A stretch of 64,000 nucleotides of DNA from IMG/VR virus record IMGVR_UViG_3300037067_021710; one strand, 5' to 3'. This document shows, piece after piece, positions 46,782-55,369 of this stretch. Below the pieces are notes generated by a model. The model was given only the letters and a program-made list of their open reading frames with translations, searched no databases and was not told the origin of the DNA. The stretch's first letter is position 1. Every line of letters starts with the position of its first letter. Made by a program: the position numbers and the translations under genes. The stretch is from a virus. Its lineage: Duplodnaviria > Caudoviricetes.

Positions 46782-47063
46782 CTATTCTTTTTCACTCTCT
46801 TGTTCATCTTGAATTTTAGCAATTTCAAGTTCTTTTTGCTTAACTACAATGTCTTGTTGAGCTTTACGCTGCTGGTCTTTTAATGAACGTATTGTGTCAG
46901 GATCAGTATCTTCTTTGTCATTTTCTCTTTTTATTTTATACTGAAGGTCTTTTAATTTTTGTTGCAAATCTTGAATAGCCAACTTAGTAGTTTCAGATTT
47001 GTCTGGCTTATCTGAACTAGTTGTGTCTTCAGCTTCGTTTAATATTGGTTTATATCGTATCAT
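46782..47063 (-). CDS. leader-bearing coiled-coil protein
   Basis: MIRYKPILNE. Confidence 0.7.
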   Translation of the reverse strand: MIRYKPILNEAEDTTSSDKPDKSETTKLAIQDLQQKLKDLQYKIKRENDKEDTDPDTIRSLKDQQRKAQQDIVVKQKELEIAKIQDEQESEKE

Positions 47064-47074
47064 TATTTTACCTT

Positions 47075-47284
47075 TTATAATTTTTCAACGGCTAAACTAT
47101 CTCCAGAAGCATAAGTAGCAAAGCCTTTCTTTTCTATCTTTTTAATAAAATCTTGCAATTTACTTCCTGAAGTTTTACTTATATCAAACCAAGCTTTATC
47201 ACCTTTCTTAAGTTTTAAAATTTCTTTGTAAAAATCTTGAAGAGATTGTTAAGTTTCTTTTAGTTGTGGTTTGTATCGTTTCAT
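47075..47284 (-). pseudogene. leader-bearing gene interrupted by TAA at codon 12
   Basis: MKRYKPQLKET*QSLQDFYKEILK...SLAVEKL*; stop at 47249-47251, frame otherwise open. Confidence 0.75.
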
Positions 47285-47288
47285 TTAT

Positions 47289-47612
47289 TTACCTTTGATT
47301 TATAGAACCTATATGTCTTCCACCCTTAGATGGTATAAAGTCTTTTTCGATCACTGGGTATACTTCAAATTTATCTGTAGCTTTATTAATATGAACGAAC
47401 CATTTTTCGTTAGTACTTTTATCAAGCTCTTCTTGTAAAGTTTTAAAATCATCTAAATCAAAACAAATAATTTTTGAGCTCGTTATTTTATAGTCAATAC
47501 TAAATTTTTTCAATATTTGTTCAACAATCGTTGTTTTAAATACTCTAGTATTACCACCAGGTGTTTTAATCTTAAGCTCAGTTTCTTTTAATTGTGGTTT
47601 GTATCGTTTCAT
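47289..47612 (-). CDS. leader-bearing putative internal head protein
   Basis: MKRYKPQLKE. Confidence 0.7.
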   Translation of the reverse strand: MKRYKPQLKETELKIKTPGGNTRVFKTTIVEQILKKFSIDYKITSSKIICFDLDDFKTLQEELDKSTNEKWFVHINKATDKFEVYPVIEKDFIPSKGGRHIGSINQR

Positions 47613-48238
47613 TTAGAATTCCTATCTAAATATTTTTTAATCATTTGTCTCATCATTGGTATAAAAAACTTTATACCGTTTACAATTCCAGCAGCATGTT
47701 TGTCTAATAGTTGATTTCCCCCATGATATTTATTCCAATGATTAGGGGGTCGATGCTCAGGATAAATAGCTGCATCAAATTGAGTCATATTAAAATTCAT
47801 CCCTTGAAACTGAAACGCAGGGACATCCGACCAAACTTTTATATCACAATTTAAAAATACTTCTTCAATATCTTTGTCTGTTACATTTGGGTACCCAGGA
47901 GTTGTCTCAAGAAGTTTAAAAAAATCTAATACACGAATTTCAATAGTATATAAATTTCCATTTTCCAAACTCATTGAAGTTGGCTCAACAACTTTTGCAT
48001 TGAAATTATCAGGGTATTTCGGAGTGCGTTCAGTGAGCCAAATAAATGTCACATAATCTTCTGCTTTATTTATTCGTAATTGAGTAAGCTTTGCTCTATT
48101 CGTTGGATTACCCATAAGCTTATTAGTTTCTTTGGCAAATTTTCTTGTGAAAGCAGACATTGAGGCATTTTTCATTAGATCTGTGAATCTAAGATTTTCG
48201 AGAAGAAGCCATTTATTTATTTGTTTATAACGTATCAT
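47609..48238 (-). CDS. leader-bearing protein, degenerate SWIM-like family
   Basis: MIRYKQINKWLLLE; DIKVWSDVPAF...E.RPP...LDKH. Confidence 0.6.
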   Translation of the reverse strand: MIRYKQINKWLLLENLRFTDLMKNASMSAFTRKFAKETNKLMGNPTNRAKLTQLRINKAEDYVTFIWLTERTPKYPDNFNAKVVEPTSMSLENGNLYTIEIRVLDFFKLLETTPGYPNVTDKDIEEVFLNCDIKVWSDVPAFQFQGMNFNMTQFDAAIYPEHRPPNHWNKYHGGNQLLDKHAAGIVNGIKFFIPMMRQMIKKYLDRNSK

Positions 48239-48975
48239 TAATTTTCTTCTAAATACATATACATATATTTGTAAAGAAGTTTCAAAGGGTCTTCATTAAT
48301 TTCAAAATTTTTATGGTATTCTTTCAACATACCATTAAACTTAAATTTTACAATATTATCAGCTTTAAGAATATTCGCAATAGTAGAACTAGATTTTCCA
48401 GTTAATTTAAAAGAATATATTATTTGCCAAGCATAAGCCATTATTTCTTGTTTAGAACCCAAATATTTTTTATTATCAGCTTTACTTTTTGTAAGCATTT
48501 TATTTCTAATTTCTTCATTTTCAATTCTCAAACTTTGTTCTCTATGTATTAATTCATGCCCTAAAATTTCTTTAAATTGAAGTATAAAATTATTAAAATT
48601 TTCTTCTGAATTTGCTATAGTTAAAAGATTAGAAAAATAAAAAATAAAAATTAATTGAGATTTTATATTTATACCACCAGTAGTAATAAATCTTTCATTA
48701 TTTACTGGAGAATACTTAAAAAGTATTTTATCAAATTCAAGAACTTTATTTAATGATCTTTGAATTTCATTTAAGTCTAATCGAGACCCAAACGTCTTAA
48801 AATGTTTTTTTAGCTGCCTTACTTTTTCTATAATTTCAGTAATGTGATTTTCAGGGCTAATAACAGCTTCTTGAAATAATTCTAAAGAATTAACTTCATA
48901 CCCATTATCTAACAATACTGCTAATTGTTCATCAAAGTCTTCAATGTTTTCTATACAAGAAAGATAACGTTTCAT
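48238..48975 (-). CDS. leader-bearing zincin (HExxH) protein, paralog of 51225..51905
   Basis: MKRYLSCIE; HELIHREQ...QEIMAYA; LKLLYKYMYMYL. Confidence 0.7.
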   Translation of the reverse strand: MKRYLSCIENIEDFDEQLAVLLDNGYEVNSLELFQEAVISPENHITEIIEKVRQLKKHFKTFGSRLDLNEIQRSLNKVLEFDKILFKYSPVNNERFITTGGINIKSQLIFIFYFSNLLTIANSEENFNNFILQFKEILGHELIHREQSLRIENEEIRNKMLTKSKADNKKYLGSKQEIMAYAWQIIYSFKLTGKSSSTIANILKADNIVKFKFNGMLKEYHKNFEINEDPLKLLYKYMYMYLEEN

Positions 48976-49409
48976 ACAGATATTACATCACCGATTTCAT
49001 TAATAAAAATTGCAGTATCAATTAGGTCTTGTAAAATATTATTTTTAACTTTTATTGCTCTTAAAATATTTGGGTATGCTCTTCTTAAAAGAGCAAGTTG
49101 CCTATTATTTATTTCTACTTGGCCTTCTCCGTAAATTACAATATAAATAATGTCCCCAATTAAGGCAGCTCTACCACGTAAATTGCCTTTATGAGTTTTG
49201 TGAGAAAGAATACTTTTATCTCCATTTGGTGGATTATCATGATGAGCTTCTTTAGCATCAATTATTTTACCTTCAGGAGAAACCCAGAAAACTAGAAGAG
49301 GTTTTGTGTGAGTAATAGCTCTTATAGCTTTGTCTGTATCAGCTTCTTTAAGAATTTTAAGAAATTCTTTTGAATGTTGTATAATAGATATTTGTTTATA
49401 TCGTTTCAT
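48972..49409 (-). CDS. leader-bearing putative internal head protein
   Basis: MKRYKQ...ILKE; FWVSPEG...H...LRGR. Confidence 0.65.
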   Translation of the reverse strand: MKRYKQISIIQHSKEFLKILKEADTDKAIRAITHTKPLLVFWVSPEGKIIDAKEAHHDNPPNGDKSILSHKTHKGNLRGRAALIGDIIYIVIYGEGQVEINNRQLALLRRAYPNILRAIKVKNNILQDLIDTAIFINEIGDVISV

Positions 49410-49638
49410 TTATTTTATTTTTTAAATTTTGTATAATACTTTCTATTGAAGGTATTTGCTTTATAGAATAATACAATAATGATTCATCCTTTAACTGCGG
49501 AGTATTTGGATTTTTAAAATCTAATGGCCAAAAATAAAAGTACCCTTTACCTTTTATTAATTCATACCCTAAAGGAAGTAGGGCTTTATTTATTTTAATA
49601 AGAGTTATACTTTCAATTAATGAATTATAGCGTCGCAT
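49396..49638 (-). CDS. leader-bearing putative internal head protein
   Basis: MRRYNSLIE; LIKGKGYFYF. Confidence 0.65.
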   Translation of the reverse strand: MRRYNSLIESITLIKINKALLPLGYELIKGKGYFYFWPLDFKNPNTPQLKDESLLYYSIKQIPSIESIIQNLKNKINETI

Positions 49639-49661
49639 AATTCTCTTTTTGCTTTATAAAT

Positions 49662-49699
49662 AAATAGCTCTATTAATTTATTAACTAATAGAGCTATTT
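49662..49699. terminator. 14-bp stem hairpin (terminator or RNA stabiliser)
   Basis: AAATAGCTCTATTA/TAATAGAGCTATTT inverted repeat. Confidence 0.6.
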
Positions 49700-49720
49700 T
49701 AAAATACAGTCTCTATCGTA

Positions 49721-49873
49721 TTATTTATTAGTAATACGACTTTGCTTCTTAACTTGACGCGCAGCTTCCATGATTTTGTTCATAGTAGCTCTTCCAGCTC
49801 GATTAAGCTTACGAAGCTCTCTAACTGCATGCTCAAGCTCCTGCGCCTTTTTTAGTACAATCGCTTTTGCCAT
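49721..49873 (-). CDS. small basic helical protein (50 aa), not in ORF track
   Basis: MAKAIVLKKAQELEHAVRELRKLNRAGRATMNKIMEAARQVKKQSRITNK; AGGAGG SD. Confidence 0.7.
   Translation of the reverse strand: MAKAIVLKKAQELEHAVRELRKLNRAGRATMNKIMEAARQVKKQSRITNK
49725..49733 (-). promoter_or_regulatory. putative late promoter TACTAATAA
   Basis: Overlaps final codons (TNK) of the 50-aa ORF. Confidence 0.45.
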
Positions 49874-49902
49874 GTCTATACCTCCTATAGTATAAAGTGC
49901 AT

Positions 49903-50115
49903 TTAGGTAGTCTTCTCCACTTCACCATTTATATGTAGAATGTAGTTACCATCAAGATCTTTTAATAGAACCTTTTGTATATTTTGAGGCTTCATAACAT
50001 GCTCAACGATTTCAGAAATACATCCAACAGGGCCTTGACCATTACAACGATATTCACGTTGATCCATTGGCCAATCCTTTTTACCATAAGAAACTCGTTT
50101 AAATATTATAGCCAT
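49903..50115 (-). CDS. hypothetical protein
   Basis: AGGAG SD; no leader. Confidence 0.65.
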   Translation of the reverse strand: MAIIFKRVSYGKKDWPMDQREYRCNGQGPVGCISEIVEHVMKPQNIQKVLLKDLDGNYILHINGEVEKTT

Positions 50116-50210
50116 ATAAAGTTTTTCTCCTTAAAATATATATCCTAAAAACAATATATATTATATTGTTTAAAAAGTAAACAAAAAAATGTAAATTTAT
50201 TGAAATTTTT

Positions 50211-50858
50211 TTATGCTTTTTTAGGTTCTGGAACCTTATCTATATAGGCCTGAGCTTCTTTTTCAGTCTCAAATTCTCGCCATTTAGAGTCTTTATTATT
50301 TGGTTTTGCATAATAGATTGTATCATCAAACATATCTTTTCCTTTTATTAGGCCAAACTCTTTTCCTTTTAATTCATCTACTTCTTCAGGTTTTCGAACT
50401 ACATTCATATCAGCTGATCCTTTGCCTTTGCTTGGTTTTTCTGCGCCAGAAGAATAGTCTTTTGCATCGTCTTCATCATCAAATTTTAACCATTTTTTGT
50501 GACCACCATCTTTTGGATCAGGTCTTCCAAACCATTCACCAGTTTCTTCATTTTGAAACATTCCAAACCCTTTACCATATTTAACTATAGAAGCTTTGTC
50601 CTCTTCTTCAACTTCATCACTTGAATAGGCCCAAGGATCTCTTCCTTTGCCTTTCTTTTTTGGTTTTTCATCTTCATCTTCTGCTTCTTCACCAGTCATA
50701 GTATGCCCATTTTTAGCATAATAAATAGCTTCCTCAGAAGTATCAAAATAGTCTATTTTATCTCCAGACTTACCAGCATACATGCCTTTACCTAAGCTCC
50801 AGTGTTCACCGTTGTCTCTCCGTTCTCCGCCCTCTTTAATTGAAATATATCTTTTCAT
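50211..50858 (-). CDS. leader-bearing protein with three internal repeats
   Basis: MKRYISIKE; GK..G...F(D/E)T..(E/D)A..Y three times. Confidence 0.7.
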   Translation of the reverse strand: MKRYISIKEGGERRDNGEHWSLGKGMYAGKSGDKIDYFDTSEEAIYYAKNGHTMTGEEAEDEDEKPKKKGKGRDPWAYSSDEVEEEDKASIVKYGKGFGMFQNEETGEWFGRPDPKDGGHKKWLKFDDEDDAKDYSSGAEKPSKGKGSADMNVVRKPEEVDELKGKEFGLIKGKDMFDDTIYYAKPNNKDSKWREFETEKEAQAYIDKVPEPKKA

Positions 50859-50865
50859 ACTTTAC

Positions 50866-51228
50866 CTATCGATATAATGTCTGAACTTTAATTGTCTTTG
50901 GTAAAAAAACATTCACAATACTATTATATAATTTCTGTATAGTCTCAATACTTTTCACTTGAGCTTCTGGAATATAAATATCTACTTGCACAAGTAATTT
51001 GTTAGGCCATGTTCTTAAATTTACAAAAAAAGTATTACAAATATTTATTAATAAAAAACCTTCTTCACCAAAAATAGTTACAATTGGCTTTAGCATTTTA
51101 AAACAAATATCGTCATTAACTAAAGATGAAAAATATAATTCAGCAAATTCTTTATTTTTCAAACATTCGAGATCACATTGGCAATCTTTAAGATCAGCAA
51201 TAAAATGAATGCTTTCTAAAGTTTTCAT
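50866..51228 (-). CDS. S-adenosylmethionine decarboxylase (SpeD)-like protein lacking the ESH site
   Basis: H.IADL..C start and RTWP...VQVDIY, but no ESH. Confidence 0.6.
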   Translation of the reverse strand: MKTLESIHFIADLKDCQCDLECLKNKEFAELYFSSLVNDDICFKMLKPIVTIFGEEGFLLINICNTFFVNLRTWPNKLLVQVDIYIPEAQVKSIETIQKLYNSIVNVFLPKTIKVQTLYR

Positions 51229-51905
51229 AATTCTATTTTTATAGGTTCTTTCAAATACATATAAATATATTTATATAGTAACTTTAATATTTGAGGTTCA
51301 TCTTCAAATGTTTCTTGATAAAAAATTAAAAACCCAGAACCATATTTATTTAAAGAATTATTTTGAAGCCCTTTTAATATCATTTCATTCGTATAGCCAT
51401 TAAAACGTAGTTCTTCAATTATCATATTTGCAAAAGCCATAAGCTCATGTTTGTTTCTATAATATTTTAAATCTTCAGGAATTAAACTTACGTTTTTGTT
51501 TAAATGAACTCGTTCAACATTTTGTAAGTATTGGCCTCTATGGACTAATTCATGAGCAAATACTAACCCGCAAGTGTTTAAAAATCTAGCAAAAAATTTT
51601 CTATCTTTAAAATATTTATTAAAATCTTCAGTAACAAAAATAATTATACTATGCTCAATAGATTTTCCACGTACAATACCATTTCGGCCTTCTTCATTAA
51701 CTATTTTAAAAAGTATATTATATGAAGAAAACACAGAGTTTAATTTTTTAATAATTTCATCTGATGATTTATTAATCAAAGGGTAGTCAAATACAGAAAA
51801 TAAAGCTTCTTCTAAAACTTCTTGGTATTTTTCAGTGTGTATAACTGCTTCATTAAGATTAGAAAAATAATGTAAAGCTTCAAAAATTCTTCTATATTTT
51901 CTCAC
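51225..51905 (-). CDS. leader-bearing zincin (HExxH) protein
   Basis: MRKYRRIFE..LNE; HELVHRGQ...HELMAFA; LKLLYKYIYMYL. Confidence 0.7.
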   Translation of the reverse strand: MRKYRRIFEALHYFSNLNEAVIHTEKYQEVLEEALFSVFDYPLINKSSDEIIKKLNSVFSSYNILFKIVNEEGRNGIVRGKSIEHSIIIFVTEDFNKYFKDRKFFARFLNTCGLVFAHELVHRGQYLQNVERVHLNKNVSLIPEDLKYYRNKHELMAFANMIIEELRFNGYTNEMILKGLQNNSLNKYGSGFLIFYQETFEDEPQILKLLYKYIYMYLKEPIKIEL

Positions 51906-51914
51906 ATAGATCTC

Positions 51915-52616
51915 CTATAAATTAATATAAACTTTCCACAATTGAGTGTACAAAAACTTTTCTATTTCACCAGGACTTGGGTCTTTATGTGGAGCAATTA
52001 GTATTCCCGCTAGTCTACAGGCAGCATCGACTTCTTCACTACAATAATAAGTATATTTATCATCTCCACTTTTTGATAACCACCCAAGTAATCCAGTGAA
52101 ATCATAAGCTTTTCCAATAATGTTAGTTAGAAATTTTAAAATAAGCTTATTTTGAAATTCATTTGCTGGTATTTTACGGAGAGTCATCTTACGAAGTTGG
52201 TAATGAGAAAAATTAAAACATGTCATCCCTATAGCATCAGCGCTTGAGACAACTAAAGTTTTCATATCACCAGTAAATACTATATTCTTACCATAGCACT
52301 CATAAAGACTTTTTTCTATTTTGAGCCAATCAAGTTCAGAAAACCATTTCTTTAAATCTTCAGAGTATAGAAAAATAACACAATGAGAATATCCACTACT
52401 AAAATATCCAATGATTTTAGAAAGGATATCTTTTGAATCAGCTTTTAAACAACAAAGGTAAAGTCCTTCACCATGTTTTTTAAGAAGATCTTCAAATGGG
52501 GTTAAAAGAGGTATATAGGATTTTGGCTTATGATTCTTTTTATAAGATTCAGATATTTTTTTATTTAACCACGTTAACAACATTATTAACCTCTTCTTTA
52601 AAATATATTTTACCAC
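51915..52616 (-). CDS. permuted papain-like amidase (YaeF/YiiX-like)
   Basis: SGYSHC (His) precedes GKAYDF and YYCSE (Cys), PSP; real start possibly 52583. Confidence 0.7.
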   Translation of the reverse strand: MVKYILKKRLIMLLTWLNKKISESYKKNHKPKSYIPLLTPFEDLLKKHGEGLYLCCLKADSKDILSKIIGYFSSGYSHCVIFLYSEDLKKWFSELDWLKIEKSLYECYGKNIVFTGDMKTLVVSSADAIGMTCFNFSHYQLRKMTLRKIPANEFQNKLILKFLTNIIGKAYDFTGLLGWLSKSGDDKYTYYCSEEVDAACRLAGILIAPHKDPSPGEIEKFLYTQLWKVYINL

Positions 52617-52695
52617 ATAATTGACAAATACAACTTAATTCAGAATCTTGATATTGGTATGTAAAACATTTACAATATGGGCATTCTTTGACCAT
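52561..52695 (-). CDS. 44-aa Zn-ribbon protein, not in ORF track
   Basis: MVKECPYC...CQLCGKIY. Confidence 0.45.
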   Translation of the reverse strand: MVKECPYCKCFTYQYQDSELSCICQLCGKIYFKEEVNNVVNVVK

Positions 52696-52700
52696 GATAA

Positions 52701-53081
52701 TTATTTTAGTTCGTCAAATATACCACAACTTTTTCCAAATGAGTAATAGTCTTCTCTTTCGCTTAAATGGTCCATACTGATTCGCTTTGCAAGTATTGAA
52801 CAAGTAGTATGTTCTTTTTCGACTTCAAGACCCATTTCAATTTCTTTAGGATCAAAATCAGACTCTTTCTTACCACTTTTAACAAACTTACCAGTTCCTA
52901 AAAAGTCACCAAGAAAAGCATAAATTTCAGTTTCAAGTTCACTAGGCTCCATACCTTTTTCTTGAGCTAAAGCATGAATCATATCGTCAGTAGGGTGTGG
53001 AGTTTTTACAAAAAAATCTACAAGCTCTTTTCGAAGAGTTTGAGTATCTGACTGTTCTGAGAATTTGCTTTTGTAGTTCAT
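52701..53081 (-). CDS. leader-bearing protein with DUF5661-like C-terminus
   Basis: MNYKSKFSE; MGLEVEKEHT...AKRISMDHL.E..DYY. Confidence 0.65.
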   Translation of the reverse strand: MNYKSKFSEQSDTQTLRKELVDFFVKTPHPTDDMIHALAQEKGMEPSELETEIYAFLGDFLGTGKFVKSGKKESDFDPKEIEMGLEVEKEHTTCSILAKRISMDHLSEREDYYSFGKSCGIFDELK

Positions 53082-53082
53082 A

Positions 53083-53367
53083 TTATTTTTTATAATCTAT
53101 TGTTCCAAGAGATTTATAAGAATGTGAATTCCAATCAATAATTGAAACTTTATAAAAATCTCCAAAATCATAAACCTCAAAGTCTCCACCACTCAACTCA
53201 CTTTTTGGAAATTTCTTATGCGCATTTTTATCTGTTTGTAATTTATCATAAATTAAATTGTAAATATTTCTACCTTTAGAATCCTTTTGATCTACAGTTA
53301 TTATTTTGTCTGTAAATTTTGGTAATGTACTGAGACCGCCTTCTTTTAATGATTTGTATCGTTTCAT
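53083..53367 (-). CDS. leader-bearing putative internal head protein
   Basis: MKRYKSLKE with GAGG SD. Confidence 0.7.
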   Translation of the reverse strand: MKRYKSLKEGGLSTLPKFTDKIITVDQKDSKGRNIYNLIYDKLQTDKNAHKKFPKSELSGGDFEVYDFGDFYKVSIIDWNSHSYKSLGTIDYKK

Positions 53368-53369
53368 AT

Positions 53370-53639
53370 TTACCTCGTGTAAGTTGCCCATCCTTGCGAA
53401 TGAGATAATTCTTTTATAATAAACTGAAATACTTTTATATTGTTATCACTACCACATTTTTCAACAATTTTTTGACCATCAAGTTGAAGAAGTTCTACAA
53501 GACCAATACCATCACGAGCATCAACTAAGTCATCAATTTCTTGTTCAAGATTTCCAGCTTTACGACCTAGCCATCGGTATGCTTGCTTTTTAAAATCTTC
53601 GATTTTGTCTGACTCTTTAAGTGAATTATATCTTTTCAT
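53370..53639 (-). CDS. leader-bearing putative internal head protein
   Basis: MKRYNSLKE. Confidence 0.7.
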   Translation of the reverse strand: MKRYNSLKESDKIEDFKKQAYRWLGRKAGNLEQEIDDLVDARDGIGLVELLQLDGQKIVEKCGSDNNIKVFQFIIKELSHSQGWATYTR

Positions 53640-53654
53640 TTGTAAACTTCCTTT

Positions 53655-54020
53655 TTATAAATGGCCAAACATATTTTGTTTAAATTCTTTTAATCGAATT
53701 TTTAAATATTTCATTACATCACCATAATTATGAAAATCTTTATCTGTCATTCCCTCATTTACATAAACAATAAATTCATAACTATCTTCTTCGGGTACAA
53801 TCAAAATTTCTATTGCAAAATCAGCATAATGGCCTTGTTTAGAAGTTCTAATAGTTGTATAAATAGTATCATGATCAGTCAACTCTATTATCTTCTTTTG
53901 AGCGGGTTGATATTTGAAATAGACTAATTTACCAAACTTAGAAATATCTAGTTTAAATTGTTTAACTATCGATACAATTTTATTATCTTCTTTTTCTTGT
54001 AATGTAAGGTATCTATTCAT
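53655..54020 (-). CDS. leader-bearing putative internal head protein
   Basis: MNRYLTLQE. Confidence 0.65.
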   Translation of the reverse strand: MNRYLTLQEKEDNKIVSIVKQFKLDISKFGKLVYFKYQPAQKKIIELTDHDTIYTTIRTSKQGHYADFAIEILIVPEEDSYEFIVYVNEGMTDKDFHNYGDVMKYLKIRLKEFKQNMFGHL

Positions 54021-54450
54021 AAGCTTTCTTTATTTCTTCTCCCCAATTATAATCAAGTAACGGTTTGATATCTATAGCGGGCATTGATTTTTTTCCTAAT
54101 TCATAATAAGCTTGTACTCTATGCCCCCCGTCTAAGAACTTAATTCCTGATACTATAATGGGATCGAACTCTGTACCTGATTGAATCATCTTTTTATACT
54201 TGTCTATAACTTTTTTAGATATAGTCCTGTTCTTAAATTGTTTGAACATTGCTTCAGGGCTTACCTTTTTTATTTTAAGCTCTGGTAGGTCTGGAGTATC
54301 TTTAACGAAATCAATGATATCACTATCATTCCAAAATTTGGAAGTGTCTTTAAATCCTGAGTACTTCAACTTTAATTCTTCTACGATGTCTTCTTGAACA
54401 TCTGATTGTAGGTCATCAAAAGATTCTGTTAATGAATAATAACGTTTCAT
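54013..54450 (-). CDS. leader-bearing ParB/Srx-like domain protein
   Basis: MKRYYSLTE; DPIIV...LDGGHRVQAY..LG. Confidence 0.7.
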   Translation of the reverse strand: MKRYYSLTESFDDLQSDVQEDIVEELKLKYSGFKDTSKFWNDSDIIDFVKDTPDLPELKIKKVSPEAMFKQFKNRTISKKVIDKYKKMIQSGTEFDPIIVSGIKFLDGGHRVQAYYELGKKSMPAIDIKPLLDYNWGEEIKKAYE

Positions 54451-54452
54451 TT

Positions 54453-54812
54453 TTATTCACCATAAATAGTTTTATAATATTCATCAACAAAAGAAGCTCT
54501 TACAGGGACTCCATTGCCAATAGACTTCATCATACGAGCAAGACCAGCAACAAAAGTTTTTTCATCAGCAGATTGTGCTTTATACCCAAGAGCAAATGCT
54601 TTGTGTTGTATAAGTTTAAATCGTTTGGTTATATTGGGCTCAGAGAGAATTTCTTTAACCCCAGTGCTATGAGGATCTATTTCAAATCTGCGATCACCTT
54701 TGGGCCCTTTCATTGTGTCTACTCGTAAAGGATTGTTTATAGACCCTGCAGTAGAACCCGAAGTATTTATTTTAAGGTCTAAGGGCTCTTGTATTGATTT
54801 ATATCGTTTCAT
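54453..54812 (-). CDS. leader-bearing putative internal head protein
   Basis: MKRYKSIQE. Confidence 0.7.
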   Translation of the reverse strand: MKRYKSIQEPLDLKINTSGSTAGSINNPLRVDTMKGPKGDRRFEIDPHSTGVKEILSEPNITKRFKLIQHKAFALGYKAQSADEKTFVAGLARMMKSIGNGVPVRASFVDEYYKTIYGE

Positions 54813-54827
54813 TTTAATTTTTACCTA

Positions 54828-55088
54828 TTATATATAACTTTTTAAAGTATCTGTAAGATCATCAATTATATAAAGTGTAATAAGTCTTGCTGGAATATTG
54901 TAATTTTTTGTTATAAAACTTGATAATTCAGAATATGATTTTAATAAATCATGAGCATATAAACTATATACTTTAGACTCTGGGTATTTTCCATATTTCA
55001 TTCTTATTATTTTAGCAGTTTTGTCTAAAAGTTTTAAATATTGTTTTTCATCTAATGCTTCTTTTAATATTGTTTTATATCGTTTCAT
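54828..55088 (-). CDS. leader-bearing protein, paralog of 55674..55928
   Basis: MKRYKTILKE; DEK.YL..LDK..KII. Confidence 0.7.
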   Translation of the reverse strand: MKRYKTILKEALDEKQYLKLLDKTAKIIRMKYGKYPESKVYSLYAHDLLKSYSELSSFITKNYNIPARLITLYIIDDLTDTLKSYI

Positions 55089-55109
55089 TTATTTACTCAT
55101 AATTAAAAT

Positions 55110-55367
55110 CTATAAATGTAAGTCTTTGTTTAACTCTATCATACTATTGATATATTCATCTATTTCTGAAATTTTAAATACATAGTTTTCTCTTGGAACT
55201 TCTCCTAAATAGATTGCATAAGCTATATCATTAAGACCGCCATAATTATTTTTTCCAAATAATTTACGAGCATAGTTTTTACTTGCTTGAATATCATTAA
55301 TTATCTTATTTAATTTTAAATAGCTCCATGGGTGAAAAGATTCTTGTATTGATTTATATCGTTTCAT
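55110..55367 (-). CDS. leader-bearing putative internal head protein
   Basis: MKRYKSIQE. Confidence 0.7.
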   Translation of the reverse strand: MKRYKSIQESFHPWSYLKLNKIINDIQASKNYARKLFGKNNYGGLNDIAYAIYLGEVPRENYVFKISEIDEYINSMIELNKDLHL

Positions 55368-55369
55368 AT

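Noticed and set aside
47249-47251. Stop-codon reassignment
   Set aside because: Single in-frame TAA; TAA, TAG and TGA all terminate genes normally elsewhere and long genes are intact in code 11.
29186-51228. Phage polyamine pathway (spermidine-synthase-like gene plus SpeD-like gene)
   Set aside because: Genes are 21 kb apart in different temporal regions, the SpeD-like protein lacks its catalytic Ser, and the first may be an ordinary methyltransferase.
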